Shown: positions 39,988 through 51,264, counted from the stretch's first letter. The stretch: DNA of 64,000 nucleotides from an uncultured bacterium (GCA_965112635.1 OZ218778.1:864001-928000); one strand, 5' to 3'. Numbers and translations: made by a program. Notes: generated from the sequence alone by a model not told the origin.

Positions 39988-42872
39988 ATGAAAAGCCCAC
40001 TCGCCTATATTGTTAAAACACCTGTTTTCCTCTTTTCATTGTTTCTTCTTATCCTTCCTCAAAGTTTAACCGGTCAAGCATGGACCCAGATGGGAGTAGG
40101 AGGCGGGGGCTCGCTATACGCGCCCTCCATCTCGCCGGTAAATCCTAATTTAGTACTGGAAGGTTCTGACATGAGCGGCGTTTACCGGTCGCAGGACGGC
40201 GGTACCACCTGGCAGATGGTAGACTTTATGCAGATGACCTCATATATCAAGTTCAGTTCCCGTGAATGGATGTGCCCGTTTGCCTGGCATCCCGTTAACG
40301 CCAATACCGTCTTTGGTTTTGGGACCAAGGCAGGGGCGGGAGCGAGACTTTTGAAGAGCACGGATGCCGGGGTGACCTGGAATCCGGCCCTGGCCGGTCC
40401 TTCAGACCCCTGGTTTGCGGTAACCCAAATTTGTATTGACCGGATCAACCCTAATTTTATGCTCGCCGGGCATATCACCGGAGTTTATGTCAGCACGGAC
40501 GGCGGCAGCACCTGGACTTCCGGCCAGGGACCCAATGCCTATTGCGTCGGGATCGTGGTGGATGAGACCAGCCCTGTGGGCAACAGGACCTGTTATCTCG
40601 GGACCATGACTGCGGGAGCCTATAAATCCGTGAATAATGGTCTTAATTGGAGCGCCATGAATACAGGGCTGGGATCCATGAATCTCTCCAGCCTGGCCGG
40701 AGGCAGCCTGACCAGCACTGGCAAGGTCGTGGTTTACGCGGCCGCCAACGGCGTTGTTGATAAATCCATCAACGGGGGCAATTGGTCGGCCACGACCTCG
40801 GACGGCATCACGACCAATAATTTCCTTGCCGTGACGGACAACAATCCGGATACCGTGTATGTGACGCCCTCGGACAGTTATGACCATATCTATAAATCCA
40901 CCAATGACGGCGGCGCCTGGAACAAAGTTTTTAACCCGGCCTTATCCGGAGGCAATGTGACCCTGGGTTGGACGAACTATGACGGCGGATTCGAGCTCGC
41001 GGGCATGGGACAGGCTTATTTCCAGCCCTTGGCCATAGGGGTCAATCCCGTCAACCCGGACCAGGTGATCTTTACCAACGGCATGGAGTCCTACGGCTCC
41101 ACGGACGGTGGCAACACCTGGCAGCAGGATTTTACTAATGAAATGGACACACCGCCTCCCCAGGCCGGACAGCGCTGGACGAGCCGGGGGCTGGAGATGA
41201 CCGGGGCCTGGTATTATCAGATCAATCCCTCCAACACCAATCTCCATTACATCTGCTTCACGGACATCGCCTATGCCCGGAGCACGGACGCAGGCGCTAC
41301 CTGGTATTGCGAGACCAAACCAAACCTGGTCAATACTATTTACCAGCTGGCATTTGACCCTGCCCAGCCTAATGTGGTGTATGCGGCGATCTCCGGCCAG
41401 CACGACATACCCCATAAACCCTTTGATGCCTCTTTGTCCGGTTCCTGGGGTTATGGAGGGGTATGGAAAAGCACGGACCAGGGCGCTACCTGGGCTAATT
41501 CGTCCAACGGACTGCCTAGCGGGCCCAATCCGGGGGAGCCTTATCCCGCGCCCTCGATCATTGCCGATACGAGCACCAACCCGGCCACGCTTTATGTTTC
41601 CATGTGGGGAGGCGGAGTTTATAAATCCACTAACTCAGGAGGTTCCTGGGCTGCCACCACGGCTTTTTCCATCGGGGCTAATACCCATACCTATTTTCTA
41701 AAGCTTCACCAGGATGGCACCTTGTTTTGCATGCTGGGTCCCCGCAACAATAACACGGCATCTCCTTATCCAGACCCGGGAGGACTATTTAAATCAACCA
41801 ATGGCGGGGGCACCTGGAACAATATCACGACCAAAATTGACACCGCCAACGGAGGCATCCCTTTGTACTCCCCGATGCAATTTGACGTGGACCCCAATAA
41901 CAGCCAGATCATTTATATAGCGGCCACGGACGGTCTTTGGGACCCGGCCCCGGGCCATTATTTCCCCCCCAGGGAGGCATCTACAAAACCATCAATGGGG
42001 GCACCAACTGGACAAAATTGACCCTGACCAATGACTTTCCCTACTATGACGGGATCGCGCCTACGATCGATCCCGCCAATACGAACAGGGTTTTTTTGAC
42101 CACCGAGGCCCAGGGAATATATGAGAGCCTGGATGCAGGGAACAGCTGGGCCAGGGTGACAGGGGTTCCTTTTAGCAGTCCGCAGAGGGTCACCTTTGAT
42201 TCCGCCCATAGCACCCTTTATCTGGGGACCAATGGCGGTGGGGTCTTTAAACTTATTGAACCAACCACGACGGTCACGCCGACCTATACCCAAACGCTGA
42301 CTTCCAGCATGACCTACACCTGCACCCAGACCCCCACGCTCACCCAAACCCAGACTTGTTCGGTGACAAGTACCGTCACTTTGACCTCCAGTCAGACGCT
42401 GACGCCAAGCCAAACCCTGACCAGTTCCATGACCCCCACGGTCACCAGTACTTCGACCACCACCGCCACCACGACCCAGACGGGCACGGTAACGCTGACG
42501 CTGACTTTGACGCCAACCCCAAGCGGGATATTGCAGATCTTGCGGCACTGTCCCTATCCTGATCCTGTAAAATTGTCCAAGAATATCTTTCTCTATGTTG
42601 AAATGACGGATGTTCCGGATACCCTGTCCGTCAAGATCTATACGATTTCTGTCAGGCAGGTTCAGCATTGTATCTTAACGGATCTTAGCGGTTCACCTAA
42701 CTTGCAGATCGTCTATGAGGGTAATGTCGCCCGGTTTGCTTATACGATCCCGTTGACCCTCAAAGACGGGCAGGGAAACGATCTGGCCAATGGGGTGTAT
42801 TATTACTGGCTGGAAGCGAAAAAAGCAGGCGTTGATTATAAAGTTATTGGAAAATTTGTTGTTTTACATTAA
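39988..42872 (+). pseudogene. secreted BNR/Asp-box beta-propeller protein (GH74/VPS10-like) with Thr-rich linker and C-terminal sorting-like domain, split by a frameshift at a C7 run
   Basis: ORFs 39988..42021 and 41937..42872 join as GHYFPPQGGIYKT if one C is added at 41964-41970; repeated S.DGG.TW motifs on both sides. Confidence 0.75.
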
Positions 42873-43046
42873 TGAAGACTATTGGGCCTGTTTAAAGAGT
42901 GGAAAGGGAAACCATTAGAAAGATTAAAAAGGATATTAGTTTTTGGTTGGTTGACACTCTATTTGCCCCAAATTTTTTTTAACATTATAACATAAACAAA
43001 AAAATATGATTGTCTACACGCCTCTAGGGGATTAACATACATCCAA

Positions 43047-44753
43047 ATGGATAATATCAAATATGATCTCAGGATTGTGCCCTTCAGCCGGTACGGCTCT
43101 TATTTCGGCGTCTCCAGGCTGGCTTTGGAAAAAGGCCGCAGCTTTCTCTACCTGCGCTCTGTGCGCGGCGGAGCTGATGACGCCGAACTTTTCAGCCTGG
43201 AGCTGATCCATCACGATAAACCTATCCCCTACAAGGAAACGGCGACCCCCAGCCTGCTGAGCCTGCGTTCGGCCAAAGGGCGGGTGGATATTTGCTTGGC
43301 CAGCCCGGAATGTGTCAGGCTGAGAGGCGAAGGGGTAGGTTTGCGGATGGTTTTTTATAAACCCGGGGGCATGGACTATATCTTCTGCAGGGACGGACTG
43401 CATTGGGAGTTGAACGCGCGGTCCCGCTGCCTCAAGCTTTTATTGACCCCCCTGGCCGGAGAGGTCAGAGTCAACGCGCCTTGGGACAGGACCTATTGCA
43501 AAAGCATGGCGGTCGATCTCCTGCCAGAGACCGGGACCGGGATCTGGGAAGCGGCCCTTGAGGACTATGAAAGCGAAAAAACCCCGCGGGAATATCCGGA
43601 AACCTTTGCCTCCTGCGTAAAAGCCGTGGAAAAAGATTTTAGGCGTTGGCTCGCGGAAACCTTGACCGTGCCCACGAAATATTCCAGGACCCGTTCCCTG
43701 GCCGCTTACATCAACTGGTCGTGCGTCGTCCATCCCTCAGGTCAGCTCAAGCGGTCCGCCATGTTCATGTCCAAGAACTGGATGACCCGCATCTGGAGCT
43801 GGGACCACTGTTTTAACGCCATGGCCCTGGTGCCGAAAAATCCGGTCCAGGCCTGGGACCAGTTCATGGCCTTTAGCGGGGCCCAGAATGAGAACGGCAG
43901 CCTGCCGGATTTTCTGACGGATACTTCCACGCTCTGGAGCTTCGTCAAGCCGCCGGTCCACGGCTGGTCGCTGCGCTGGATGATGCGGCGCGGCCTGCGT
44001 TTGGACCGGCAGCAGCTTTCCGCCGCTTATCGGTTCCTGGCCAGGTGGACGGACTGGTGGTTCCAATACCGCGACGACGACCAGGACGGCATCCCCCAGT
44101 ATAACCACGGCAATGATTCCGGATGGGACAACTCCACGGTCTTTAACAACGGCGTCCCCATCGAGGCGCCGGACCTGAGCGCTTTTCTCATTATCCAGAT
44201 GGATGTGCTCGCGGAGCTGGCCGGGCGATTAGGAAAGACAGCTGAAAAGAAGAGTTGGAAAGAGCGGGCCGACCGTTTATTGGGTCTTTTGCAGGCCCAT
44301 TCTTGGAGAGGGGACCGCTTTGTGGCCCCCCATTCCGGCGACCATCGCGTGGACGCATCCCAAAGCATGCTCCTGTATATGCCTTTGGTCCTCGGGAACA
44401 GGCTGCCCCAGGATGTTTTAAAACCTCTTTTGGCGGGATTCATCAGGAAAGGGGTCTTCCTAACAAGGCACGGGGTTGCCACAGAAGCCCTCCAAAGCCC
44501 TCTATATGAGGAAGACGGTTACTGGCGCGGACCCGTCTGGGCTCCGACCACCTTGCTCCTGGTGGACGCGCTGAAAAACATCGGTGAGAAAAAGCTGGCC
44601 CGCAGGTTGGCCGGCCAATTTTGCGGCCTGGCCTCCAGGCAGGGAATGGCCGAAAACTACGGCGCCCTGAGCGGCCGGGGTTTGCGCGACCGGGCCTATA
44701 CCTGGACTTCCAGCGTTTTCCTCATCCTGGCGCATGAATATTTAGGCCGATGA
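43047..44753 (+). CDS. glycoside hydrolase, GH63/MGH1-like (alpha/alpha)6 barrel
   Basis: WSWDHCF, KPPVHGW, DSGWDNS, YWRGPVW, AENY. Confidence 0.85.
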   Translation: MDNIKYDLRIVPFSRYGSYFGVSRLALEKGRSFLYLRSVRGGADDAELFSLELIHHDKPIPYKETATPSLLSLRSAKGRVDICLASPECVRLRGEGVGLRMVFYKPGGMDYIFCRDGLHWELNARSRCLKLLLTPLAGEVRVNAPWDRTYCKSMAVDLLPETGTGIWEAALEDYESEKTPREYPETFASCVKAVEKDFRRWLAETLTVPTKYSRTRSLAAYINWSCVVHPSGQLKRSAMFMSKNWMTRIWSWDHCFNAMALVPKNPVQAWDQFMAFSGAQNENGSLPDFLTDTSTLWSFVKPPVHGWSLRWMMRRGLRLDRQQLSAAYRFLARWTDWWFQYRDDDQDGIPQYNHGNDSGWDNSTVFNNGVPIEAPDLSAFLIIQMDVLAELAGRLGKTAEKKSWKERADRLLGLLQAHSWRGDRFVAPHSGDHRVDASQSMLLYMPLVLGNRLPQDVLKPLLAGFIRKGVFLTRHGVATEALQSPLYEEDGYWRGPVWAPTTLLLVDALKNIGEKKLARRLAGQFCGLASRQGMAENYGALSGRGLRDRAYTWTSSVFLILAHEYLGR

Positions 44754-44778
44754 TCCCGTCTCATCAGGATAACTCAGC

Positions 44779-47664
44779 TCAACTCCTTTTGTTCAACCCG
44801 TAGGCGAGGAAGTTCAGCAAAAGACGGTCGGCCGCAGGGTGGCGGTCGAGATTCGCGAGCAAAGGCAGGCCGTTCAGGATGAAACACCCCTTACCCAGAC
44901 GATATTCCCCGACCAGCACTCCGGCGTTGTAGGACCTGGTGTCTTTCCATCCCCTGAGCTGGCTCAAGCCCGTGGCAAACCCGGCCACGATGACCGTGTC
45001 GGGCGTGTCGCCGTCCAGGAGCATCTGCCGTCCGGCGACCTCGTCGTAAAAGTCCCAGTCCAAGATGCCCGGAGCCGGCAGGCCGTTAAAAACAGGATGG
45101 TTCTTGGCCACGGCTTCTTTGTGATAGAGCCAGTCAAAGATGCGGACCCAGCGGCCTTTGTTCCTGAGCGGCAGGCGGGTTGTTCCTCCGCTGGCCAAAG
45201 GATCGAGGAATATGGCGCAAGCCCCCTCCTTGACGCAGCGCAGCAGCAATTTCCATTGGCTTTTTTTGCTGACATCCTTTGGAATTCCCACCAGGATGAC
45301 CCGGCCCTGCGTTGTTCCATTTAGGGGCTGTGTAAACAGGCCCTGGCGCTCCAGCCACTTTTGCGCTTTTTCCTCCACCCCCCAAACCGTTACTGCGCCA
45401 TTTAAACGGGGAAGCTGTGCCCCTTGGCTGAGCCGGAAAGGGCGCCTGTCCCCGGCCGGTACTCCGCCTTTTTCCAGGCAGGCCGCGAAAACATACTCGC
45501 CAGCCGCTACATCCAGCCGGATGCTGGCCTTTAAAACCGATACGGCGAGAGGCGGGAAACCGCTTTTTCCTTTTGCCGGTAAGCGCATTTGCACTTTTCT
45601 TTCCCAGACCACGCCCTGTTTGCCCCAGATCCGGAAAGTCACCGGGTAGGTGCCGGGCTGGAGAACATCCTCGTTGGCCAGCACCGCTTCTATATTTATA
45701 GGGCGGTTGGCGTAGCCGTGCAGGGAATCCACGAATAAGCACCAGCGTAAAGGCTGCCAACCGTCCCGCATCACATCCACAATCCCGGGCTTGGGTTCCC
45801 GCCAAAAGCTCCAAATGCCCTCGCCGGACGTGCCGTCCAGCATACTGGTCATACTGTGGCCGCAGAGATTGGGATTGGAACGGACCAGGTCGAACCAGCG
45901 GCGGCGCTGGCTCCCATGGATACGCTGACTTTCCCGGAGCATATCTTCCGCGGAGGGATAGACGTCAGTCATCTTGAAACGTTTCCAGTCCGCCTCGAAT
46001 CCCTCCACGATTTTTCGGAAGAACACGCGGTCCTCCAGGTTGGGGGAGAGCTCCGGCTTCTCCTCAAACTTCTTGAGTTCCGCGATGGCGTTCAAGGCGC
46101 TGCCGATGCCGCCTTCCGAGAGAAATACCGGCCGTGCTTTGCTGCCCAGGTTGCGGAGCCTGGCGCAGGCTTCAGGTGATATGGGGTATTCGGGATAATA
46201 ATGGACGTCGCCGGGGTCACCCACAGGCCCCAGAGGCCGGGAGCGGGTCTTTTGTTTGAACTTTTTGCCTTCTCCGCCCCACTGGCATTCCCACACCTTA
46301 GACCCGGGGTTGCTCAAGGAGCCGATGTCCAGCTGTTGATCCCAGCGGCCGCTTTGGAGCAAGACCAGGCGGGTCGGGTCGAGCGAACGGATAAGGGGGA
46401 GCGAAGCGGCCGCGCATTGGGTGATCAGCCCAAAGGGCACTTCGTTGAGCAGGCCCCAGATGGTGAGGGAGGGATGGTTGCGGTCGCGCAGGATCATTTC
46501 TCCGATGGCAGAGGCAAAGCGCTGTTTCACCTTGGCCTTATCTTTAACCCCGGTTTCCTTTTGGTTGAACCCGCTGAGGTGCCACCAGGCGGCATAGCTT
46601 TCCGCGTAGACCATGATGCCTATCTCGTCGGCAATGTCCAGCTGTCCGGGCAAAGGCATTTTGGAGAGGAAACGCACGCAGTTGAACCCGCAGGCCTTGG
46701 CATACACCATATCACGGCGCATCAAGGCAGAGTCAGGTGCGCCCATCTGGACCACGGGAAAGGAAGGAACCGTGTGCATGGAACGCAGGAATACCCGCCG
46801 GCCGTTCAAATGGAAATAGCCTTTGACTACGCGGAACTCCCTAAAGCCGAAACGCACGGAATGTTCGTGGCTGGAGGGTCCGGTCAGCCTCGCCGATACC
46901 CGATAGAGGAAAGGGTCATCCAAATCCCAGAGGTGGGGCCGGGAAATGGTCAGCACCGTAGTCAGGGTGTTCTCCCCAGAAACGAGGCCCGCGGAAACCC
47001 TGGTTTCCACAGCGGTTTCAGCGGTTTTGTCCGGGTTGATGGCCAGGGTAAGCGTTCCCTGGACAGCAGCGTGGGTGTCGTTGCGGAGGGTGATGCTCAG
47101 ACGGACTTCACCGGTATGGATATCCGGGGCGGTAAACATATCCGTGATACGCACTGCCGGGACCACGGTTAGTTCCACAGGAAGGACGATCCCTCCGTTA
47201 TTAAAGTCAGCACCGCAGGCTGAATTTCCTTTTTGGGAATGGGGCGTTTCCGCGAGCTTGATGCCGTCGATCGGTTTGTTGGTAGGGTTGAGCACGCGCA
47301 CGGCTATGAGGTTTTTTTGGCCAGGCTTAAAAGCGGCGGTGATATCCAGGCTGAACGGCGTCTCGCCGCCTTCATGGCCGCCCACAGGCTGGCTGTTGAC
47401 CCACACCTGGGCAATGTAATCGCAGGCGCCGAAACACAGCATCACCCGTTCATTAGCGTAAGGCGCGATATCCGGCTGGAAGGCCAGCCAATACCAGGCC
47501 AGGCCGTGATAATTAGGAAAGACCTGCTGGATAATCCCAGGAACTGGCGCTTCTTTGGTCTGGGAGGGCACTTGTGCGTACCACTTTTTTAGCCGTCCAA
47601 TATTTTTCGGGTCCGTGGCCAGGCGCCAGCCAGCGGTCAATGTTTGCGATTTTATGGAGTTCAT
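44779..47664 (-). CDS. glycoside hydrolase family 2
   Basis: GHEGGETPF, RFGFRE, RDRNHPSLTIWGLLNE, FLSEGG. Confidence 0.85.
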   Translation of the reverse strand: MNSIKSQTLTAGWRLATDPKNIGRLKKWYAQVPSQTKEAPVPGIIQQVFPNYHGLAWYWLAFQPDIAPYANERVMLCFGACDYIAQVWVNSQPVGGHEGGETPFSLDITAAFKPGQKNLIAVRVLNPTNKPIDGIKLAETPHSQKGNSACGADFNNGGIVLPVELTVVPAVRITDMFTAPDIHTGEVRLSITLRNDTHAAVQGTLTLAINPDKTAETAVETRVSAGLVSGENTLTTVLTISRPHLWDLDDPFLYRVSARLTGPSSHEHSVRFGFREFRVVKGYFHLNGRRVFLRSMHTVPSFPVVQMGAPDSALMRRDMVYAKACGFNCVRFLSKMPLPGQLDIADEIGIMVYAESYAAWWHLSGFNQKETGVKDKAKVKQRFASAIGEMILRDRNHPSLTIWGLLNEVPFGLITQCAAASLPLIRSLDPTRLVLLQSGRWDQQLDIGSLSNPGSKVWECQWGGEGKKFKQKTRSRPLGPVGDPGDVHYYPEYPISPEACARLRNLGSKARPVFLSEGGIGSALNAIAELKKFEEKPELSPNLEDRVFFRKIVEGFEADWKRFKMTDVYPSAEDMLRESQRIHGSQRRRWFDLVRSNPNLCGHSMTSMLDGTSGEGIWSFWREPKPGIVDVMRDGWQPLRWCLFVDSLHGYANRPINIEAVLANEDVLQPGTYPVTFRIWGKQGVVWERKVQMRLPAKGKSGFPPLAVSVLKASIRLDVAAGEYVFAACLEKGGVPAGDRRPFRLSQGAQLPRLNGAVTVWGVEEKAQKWLERQGLFTQPLNGTTQGRVILVGIPKDVSKKSQWKLLLRCVKEGACAIFLDPLASGGTTRLPLRNKGRWVRIFDWLYHKEAVAKNHPVFNGLPAPGILDWDFYDEVAGRQMLLDGDTPDTVIVAGFATGLSQLRGWKDTRSYNAGVLVGEYRLGKGCFILNGLPLLANLDRHPAADRLLLNFLAYGLNKRS

Positions 47665-47705
47665 TCCATACCACCTTTCTATATATTAGATATCCGAGAG
47701 CACGC

Positions 47706-48044
47706 TCAGCCGAGCAGGGCAACTGCGGTCCCGGCCAGGGCCAGGCCAATGCCTCCCCATTGCAGGAGAGACAGCCTGGAGCGGAACACCAGGGCCAGGG
47801 CCAGCTGGCAGCCGATGCCGGCGCCGACCCCGGAAAGGACCACGGCCAGGTTCGGGTTAGCGGGCATTTTCTCGTAAACTTTCATAAGGAAAATGATGCT
47901 GGTCGCGCCGATGGCATTGCCGATGATAAAACCCGTCAGCCAGCGATGGGATTTCTGGGAAGCGGACAGGCTGCCGTACTTGAAAGACAGGTAGGCCGCT
48001 ATCTGCATGATCCAGAATATCACCAGCAGGAGTCCGAGGTTCAC
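47706..48044 (-). CDS. small 4-TM membrane protein (SMR/EamA-like)
   Basis: GTG start overlapping upstream TGA; four hydrophobic helices ending LQWGGIGLALAG. Confidence 0.65.
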   Translation of the reverse strand: MNLGLLLVIFWIMQIAAYLSFKYGSLSASQKSHRWLTGFIIGNAIGATSIIFLMKVYEKMPANPNLAVVLSGVGAGIGCQLALALVFRSRLSLLQWGGIGLALAGTAVALLG

Positions 48045-48415
48045 GCGTTGACCCCCTGTTTTCCCAGGGTTTGGCTGGGGCTCCAGGCCGCCATCAAGGT
48101 GCCGGCCAGCACCAGGGCGATGCCTGACCACTGGAGCCAGTCCAGGGGCGAATGATACAAGAGCCAATAGGCCAGCTGCACGCTCACGAAGCCCAGGCTG
48201 GAGGTCAGGGCCATGGCCACGTTCGCGTTCACCCTCTGGTAGAGCCGCATGACGAACCAGGTGCTGGTAATGCCCAGGATATTGCCGACCACGAAGAACA
48301 CCCAGCGCAGGGCCGGATCAGTCCCGCCCTCCTTGAAACAGATACTGGCGGCCAAGTTGAGCGCCAGAAATGCGGCCAGAACCCCTCCCACGGCCATGGT
48401 CAATTGTTTACGCAT
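48041..48415 (-). CDS. small 4-TM membrane protein (SMR/EamA-like), paralog of downstream gene
   Basis: ICFKEGG, FVVGNILG, LQWSGIALVLAG motifs mirror the neighbour. Confidence 0.65.
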   Translation of the reverse strand: MRKQLTMAVGGVLAAFLALNLAASICFKEGGTDPALRWVFFVVGNILGITSTWFVMRLYQRVNANVAMALTSSLGFVSVQLAYWLLYHSPLDWLQWSGIALVLAGTLMAAWSPSQTLGKQGVNA

Positions 48416-48597
48416 ACTCATTATCCTTTGCCAGGCTTCGTATCTAAGAAGAACATTATACTCTGAAACAAAAAAAGCTACAGGAGCCCAGCGACAGCCC
48501 TTTTCCCGGCATTGACCAGCATTGGTGCAGGCGGTATCCTTTTGTTTAACAAAAATTACCTTGTGGATATTCAAATTCATTGAGAAAGGACTATTCC

Positions 48598-51264
48598 ATG
48601 AAACCTGTTTGTCTAAGATGTGAGTATAAAGAAAATCCCCTGGGCCTGGACACGGCGACACCGCGGATGACCTGGAAACTGGAAGCCAAAGGACGCCACC
48701 AGGTCCAAAAAGCCTACCAAGTGCTGGCCGCCAGCAGCGAAGGAGCGCTGGCTAAGGACCAGGCAGATCTGTGGGACAGCGGAAAAGTGATTTCTGACCA
48801 GTCCGTACTCGTAGCTTACGCGGGAAAACCATTAACTTCGGCTCAGCGGGTTTTTTGGAAGGTCCGTGTGTGGGATGGAGCTGACCGGGCCACAGCCTGG
48901 AGCCCGGCAGCATGGTGGGAAATGGGCCTTTTACACCAAAAAGATTGGACTGCCAAGTGGATAGGTTCTTTGGTGGTAGGCGGGCCTACCGCTCCGGTAG
49001 CCTGCCCGTTCCTGCGCAAGTCTTTTAAGCTGGACCGAAAAGTTACCAGCGCCCGGCTGTATGTCACGGCCCTGGGGCTGTACGAGTTTTACCTCAACGG
49101 TAAACGGGTGGGGGACGGTGAGTTCACGCCCGGATGGACGGATTACGCCAAAAGGGTGCAGTATCAGGTTTATGACGTGACCAAACTACTGGTGCAGGGC
49201 GCTAACGCTGGCGGAGCCATTCTCGGTGACGGCTGGTATTGCGGCCACACAGGATGGAAACAGCGGCAGAATTACGGCGACCGGCCCAAACTCCTGGCAC
49301 AGTTGGTAATCCGCTATAAGGACGGAACCAGCCAGACCATTGCGACCGATGGTACCTGGAAAACCAGCACCGGCCCCATCTTATCCTCTGACCTGCTGAT
49401 GGGTGAGAGCTATGACGCTAGATTGGAGCTGGGGGAGTGGAGCAAAGCAGGATACGATGATAAGGAATGGAGCAGCGTCAAGGTATTTCCCGAAATAGGG
49501 GCGAAACTGGCAGCCTCTCCCTCCCGGCCTGTGCGGCGGTTCGAGGAGATAAAGCCCATCAGTACCCCCAAAAACATGGGAGGCTGGCCCTCAGGTAAAT
49601 GGGTCTTTGATCTAGGGCAGAACATGGTGGGACATTTGCGCATCAAAATAAGCGCTCCGGCCGGTACCACCATCACCCTGCGCCACGCCGAAATGCTCAA
49701 GCCGGACGGCAATATCTATACCGATAACCTCCGGGGAGCCCTGCAGACCGATGTTTACACCTTTAAAGGCAAGGGCACAGAGGTCTGGGAACCGCGTTTT
49801 ACTTTCCACGGTTTCCGCTACGCGGAGCTGACCGGTTTAACGGGTGAGGCTCAGGCCGATATGCTGACCGGAGTGGTCCTGCACACGGATATACCGCCAG
49901 CTGGGACTTTCGAGTGTTCCGACCCTCTTATCAACCAGCTCCAGCACAACATCCTCTGGGGACAAAAAGGGAATTTCCTGGAAGTACCCACGGACTGCCC
50001 CCAGCGCAACGAGCGCCTGGGCTGGACCGGCGACGCCCAGGTTTTCTCGTCCACAGCCGCGTTCAACCGGGAAGTGGCTCCCTTTTTTGCCAAGTGGCTC
50101 AGGGATATGGACGATGCCCAGACCAGCAAGGGTGCCTATCCCATGTACAGCCCCAACATTGGAGGGGTTGATAGCCAAGACGGCGGCCCGGTGTGGGCTG
50201 ACGCGTCTGTCATCTGCGCGTGGAATATGTATTTGTATTACGGCGACAAGGGCATCCTAGCAGAGCATTATCCGGCTTTAGAGCGGTTCATGGGTTATCT
50301 GGCCAAAACCAGCGCCGACAAGATCCGATGCAAGCCCGGCTGGGGAGGTTTTGAAGGTTTTGGGGACTGGCTTTCCATCAACGCGGAGACTTCCAAGGAC
50401 CTCATTGGTACGGCTTTTTACGCCTACAGCGCTGGGCTCATGGCGGGGATAGCGGCCGCATTGGGTAAAAAAGAAGATGCCAAAAAGTATAAGACCCTGG
50501 CCGACGAAGTGCGCAAGGTTTTTATCCACAGGTTCGTGACCCCGGCTGGTCTGGTGGCCGGGCAGACGCAGACCGCCTATGTGCTGGCCCTGAAATTTGA
50601 CCTGCTGCCAGAGGCTCTGCGGCCAGTGGCTGTGGCCGAGTTGGTGCGAGATATTGAGGGAAGGGGCAACCATCTTTCCACCGGGTTTGTGGGAGCGTCC
50701 CATCTGCCGCATGTGCTTTCGCGTTTTGGCCGGATGGATACTGCCTACACCCTGCTTTTCCAAAAAACCTGGCCGTCGTGGCTCTATCCCGTGACCCAGG
50801 GCGCCACCACCATCTGGGAACGGTGGGACGGCTGGACCCATGACAAGGGGTTCCAGGATGCCGGGATGAACTCTTTTAACCACTACGCCTACGGCGCTAT
50901 CGGGTCGTGGCTGTACCAGGTGGTGGCCGGCCTGCAGGCTGACCCAGAAAAACCCGGCTACAAGCACTTTATCCTGCATCCGCACCCGGGGCCTGGTATT
51001 ACCTCGGCCAAGGCTGTGCATGAGTCGGTCTACGGCAGGATAGTGACCGATTGGAAGATTAAAGGCAAGGAGCTGGCCTGGAACGTGGAAGTGCCGGTCA
51101 ACACCACGGCTACGGTCATTATCCCGGCCAAGAACGGGAAGGTCCGGGAAGGCGGCCAGCCGATCCGCCAATCCAGGGATATCAAGGTGGTCAAGGCCGA
51201 TAAGAAGTCGGTCGCCCTGTCCCTCGGCTCCGGCAAGTATGCTTTTATGTCTAATTATTTTTAG
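48598..51264 (+). CDS. alpha-L-rhamnosidase (GH78)
   Basis: PTDCPQRNERLGWTGD, GATTIWERW, SFNHYAYG. Confidence 0.93.
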   Translation: MKPVCLRCEYKENPLGLDTATPRMTWKLEAKGRHQVQKAYQVLAASSEGALAKDQADLWDSGKVISDQSVLVAYAGKPLTSAQRVFWKVRVWDGADRATAWSPAAWWEMGLLHQKDWTAKWIGSLVVGGPTAPVACPFLRKSFKLDRKVTSARLYVTALGLYEFYLNGKRVGDGEFTPGWTDYAKRVQYQVYDVTKLLVQGANAGGAILGDGWYCGHTGWKQRQNYGDRPKLLAQLVIRYKDGTSQTIATDGTWKTSTGPILSSDLLMGESYDARLELGEWSKAGYDDKEWSSVKVFPEIGAKLAASPSRPVRRFEEIKPISTPKNMGGWPSGKWVFDLGQNMVGHLRIKISAPAGTTITLRHAEMLKPDGNIYTDNLRGALQTDVYTFKGKGTEVWEPRFTFHGFRYAELTGLTGEAQADMLTGVVLHTDIPPAGTFECSDPLINQLQHNILWGQKGNFLEVPTDCPQRNERLGWTGDAQVFSSTAAFNREVAPFFAKWLRDMDDAQTSKGAYPMYSPNIGGVDSQDGGPVWADASVICAWNMYLYYGDKGILAEHYPALERFMGYLAKTSADKIRCKPGWGGFEGFGDWLSINAETSKDLIGTAFYAYSAGLMAGIAAALGKKEDAKKYKTLADEVRKVFIHRFVTPAGLVAGQTQTAYVLALKFDLLPEALRPVAVAELVRDIEGRGNHLSTGFVGASHLPHVLSRFGRMDTAYTLLFQKTWPSWLYPVTQGATTIWERWDGWTHDKGFQDAGMNSFNHYAYGAIGSWLYQVVAGLQADPEKPGYKHFILHPHPGPGITSAKAVHESVYGRIVTDWKIKGKELAWNVEVPVNTTATVIIPAKNGKVREGGQPIRQSRDIKVVKADKKSVALSLGSGKYAFMSNYF

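Noticed and set aside
42260-42520. possible tandem DNA repeat or CRISPR-like array
   Set aside because: Degenerate Thr codon repeats of a protein linker; no constant repeat-spacer structure. No CRISPR array or cas gene was seen anywhere in the window
46201-47172. 323-aa + strand ORF opposite GH2
   Set aside because: Antisense shadow; no SD or protein motifs
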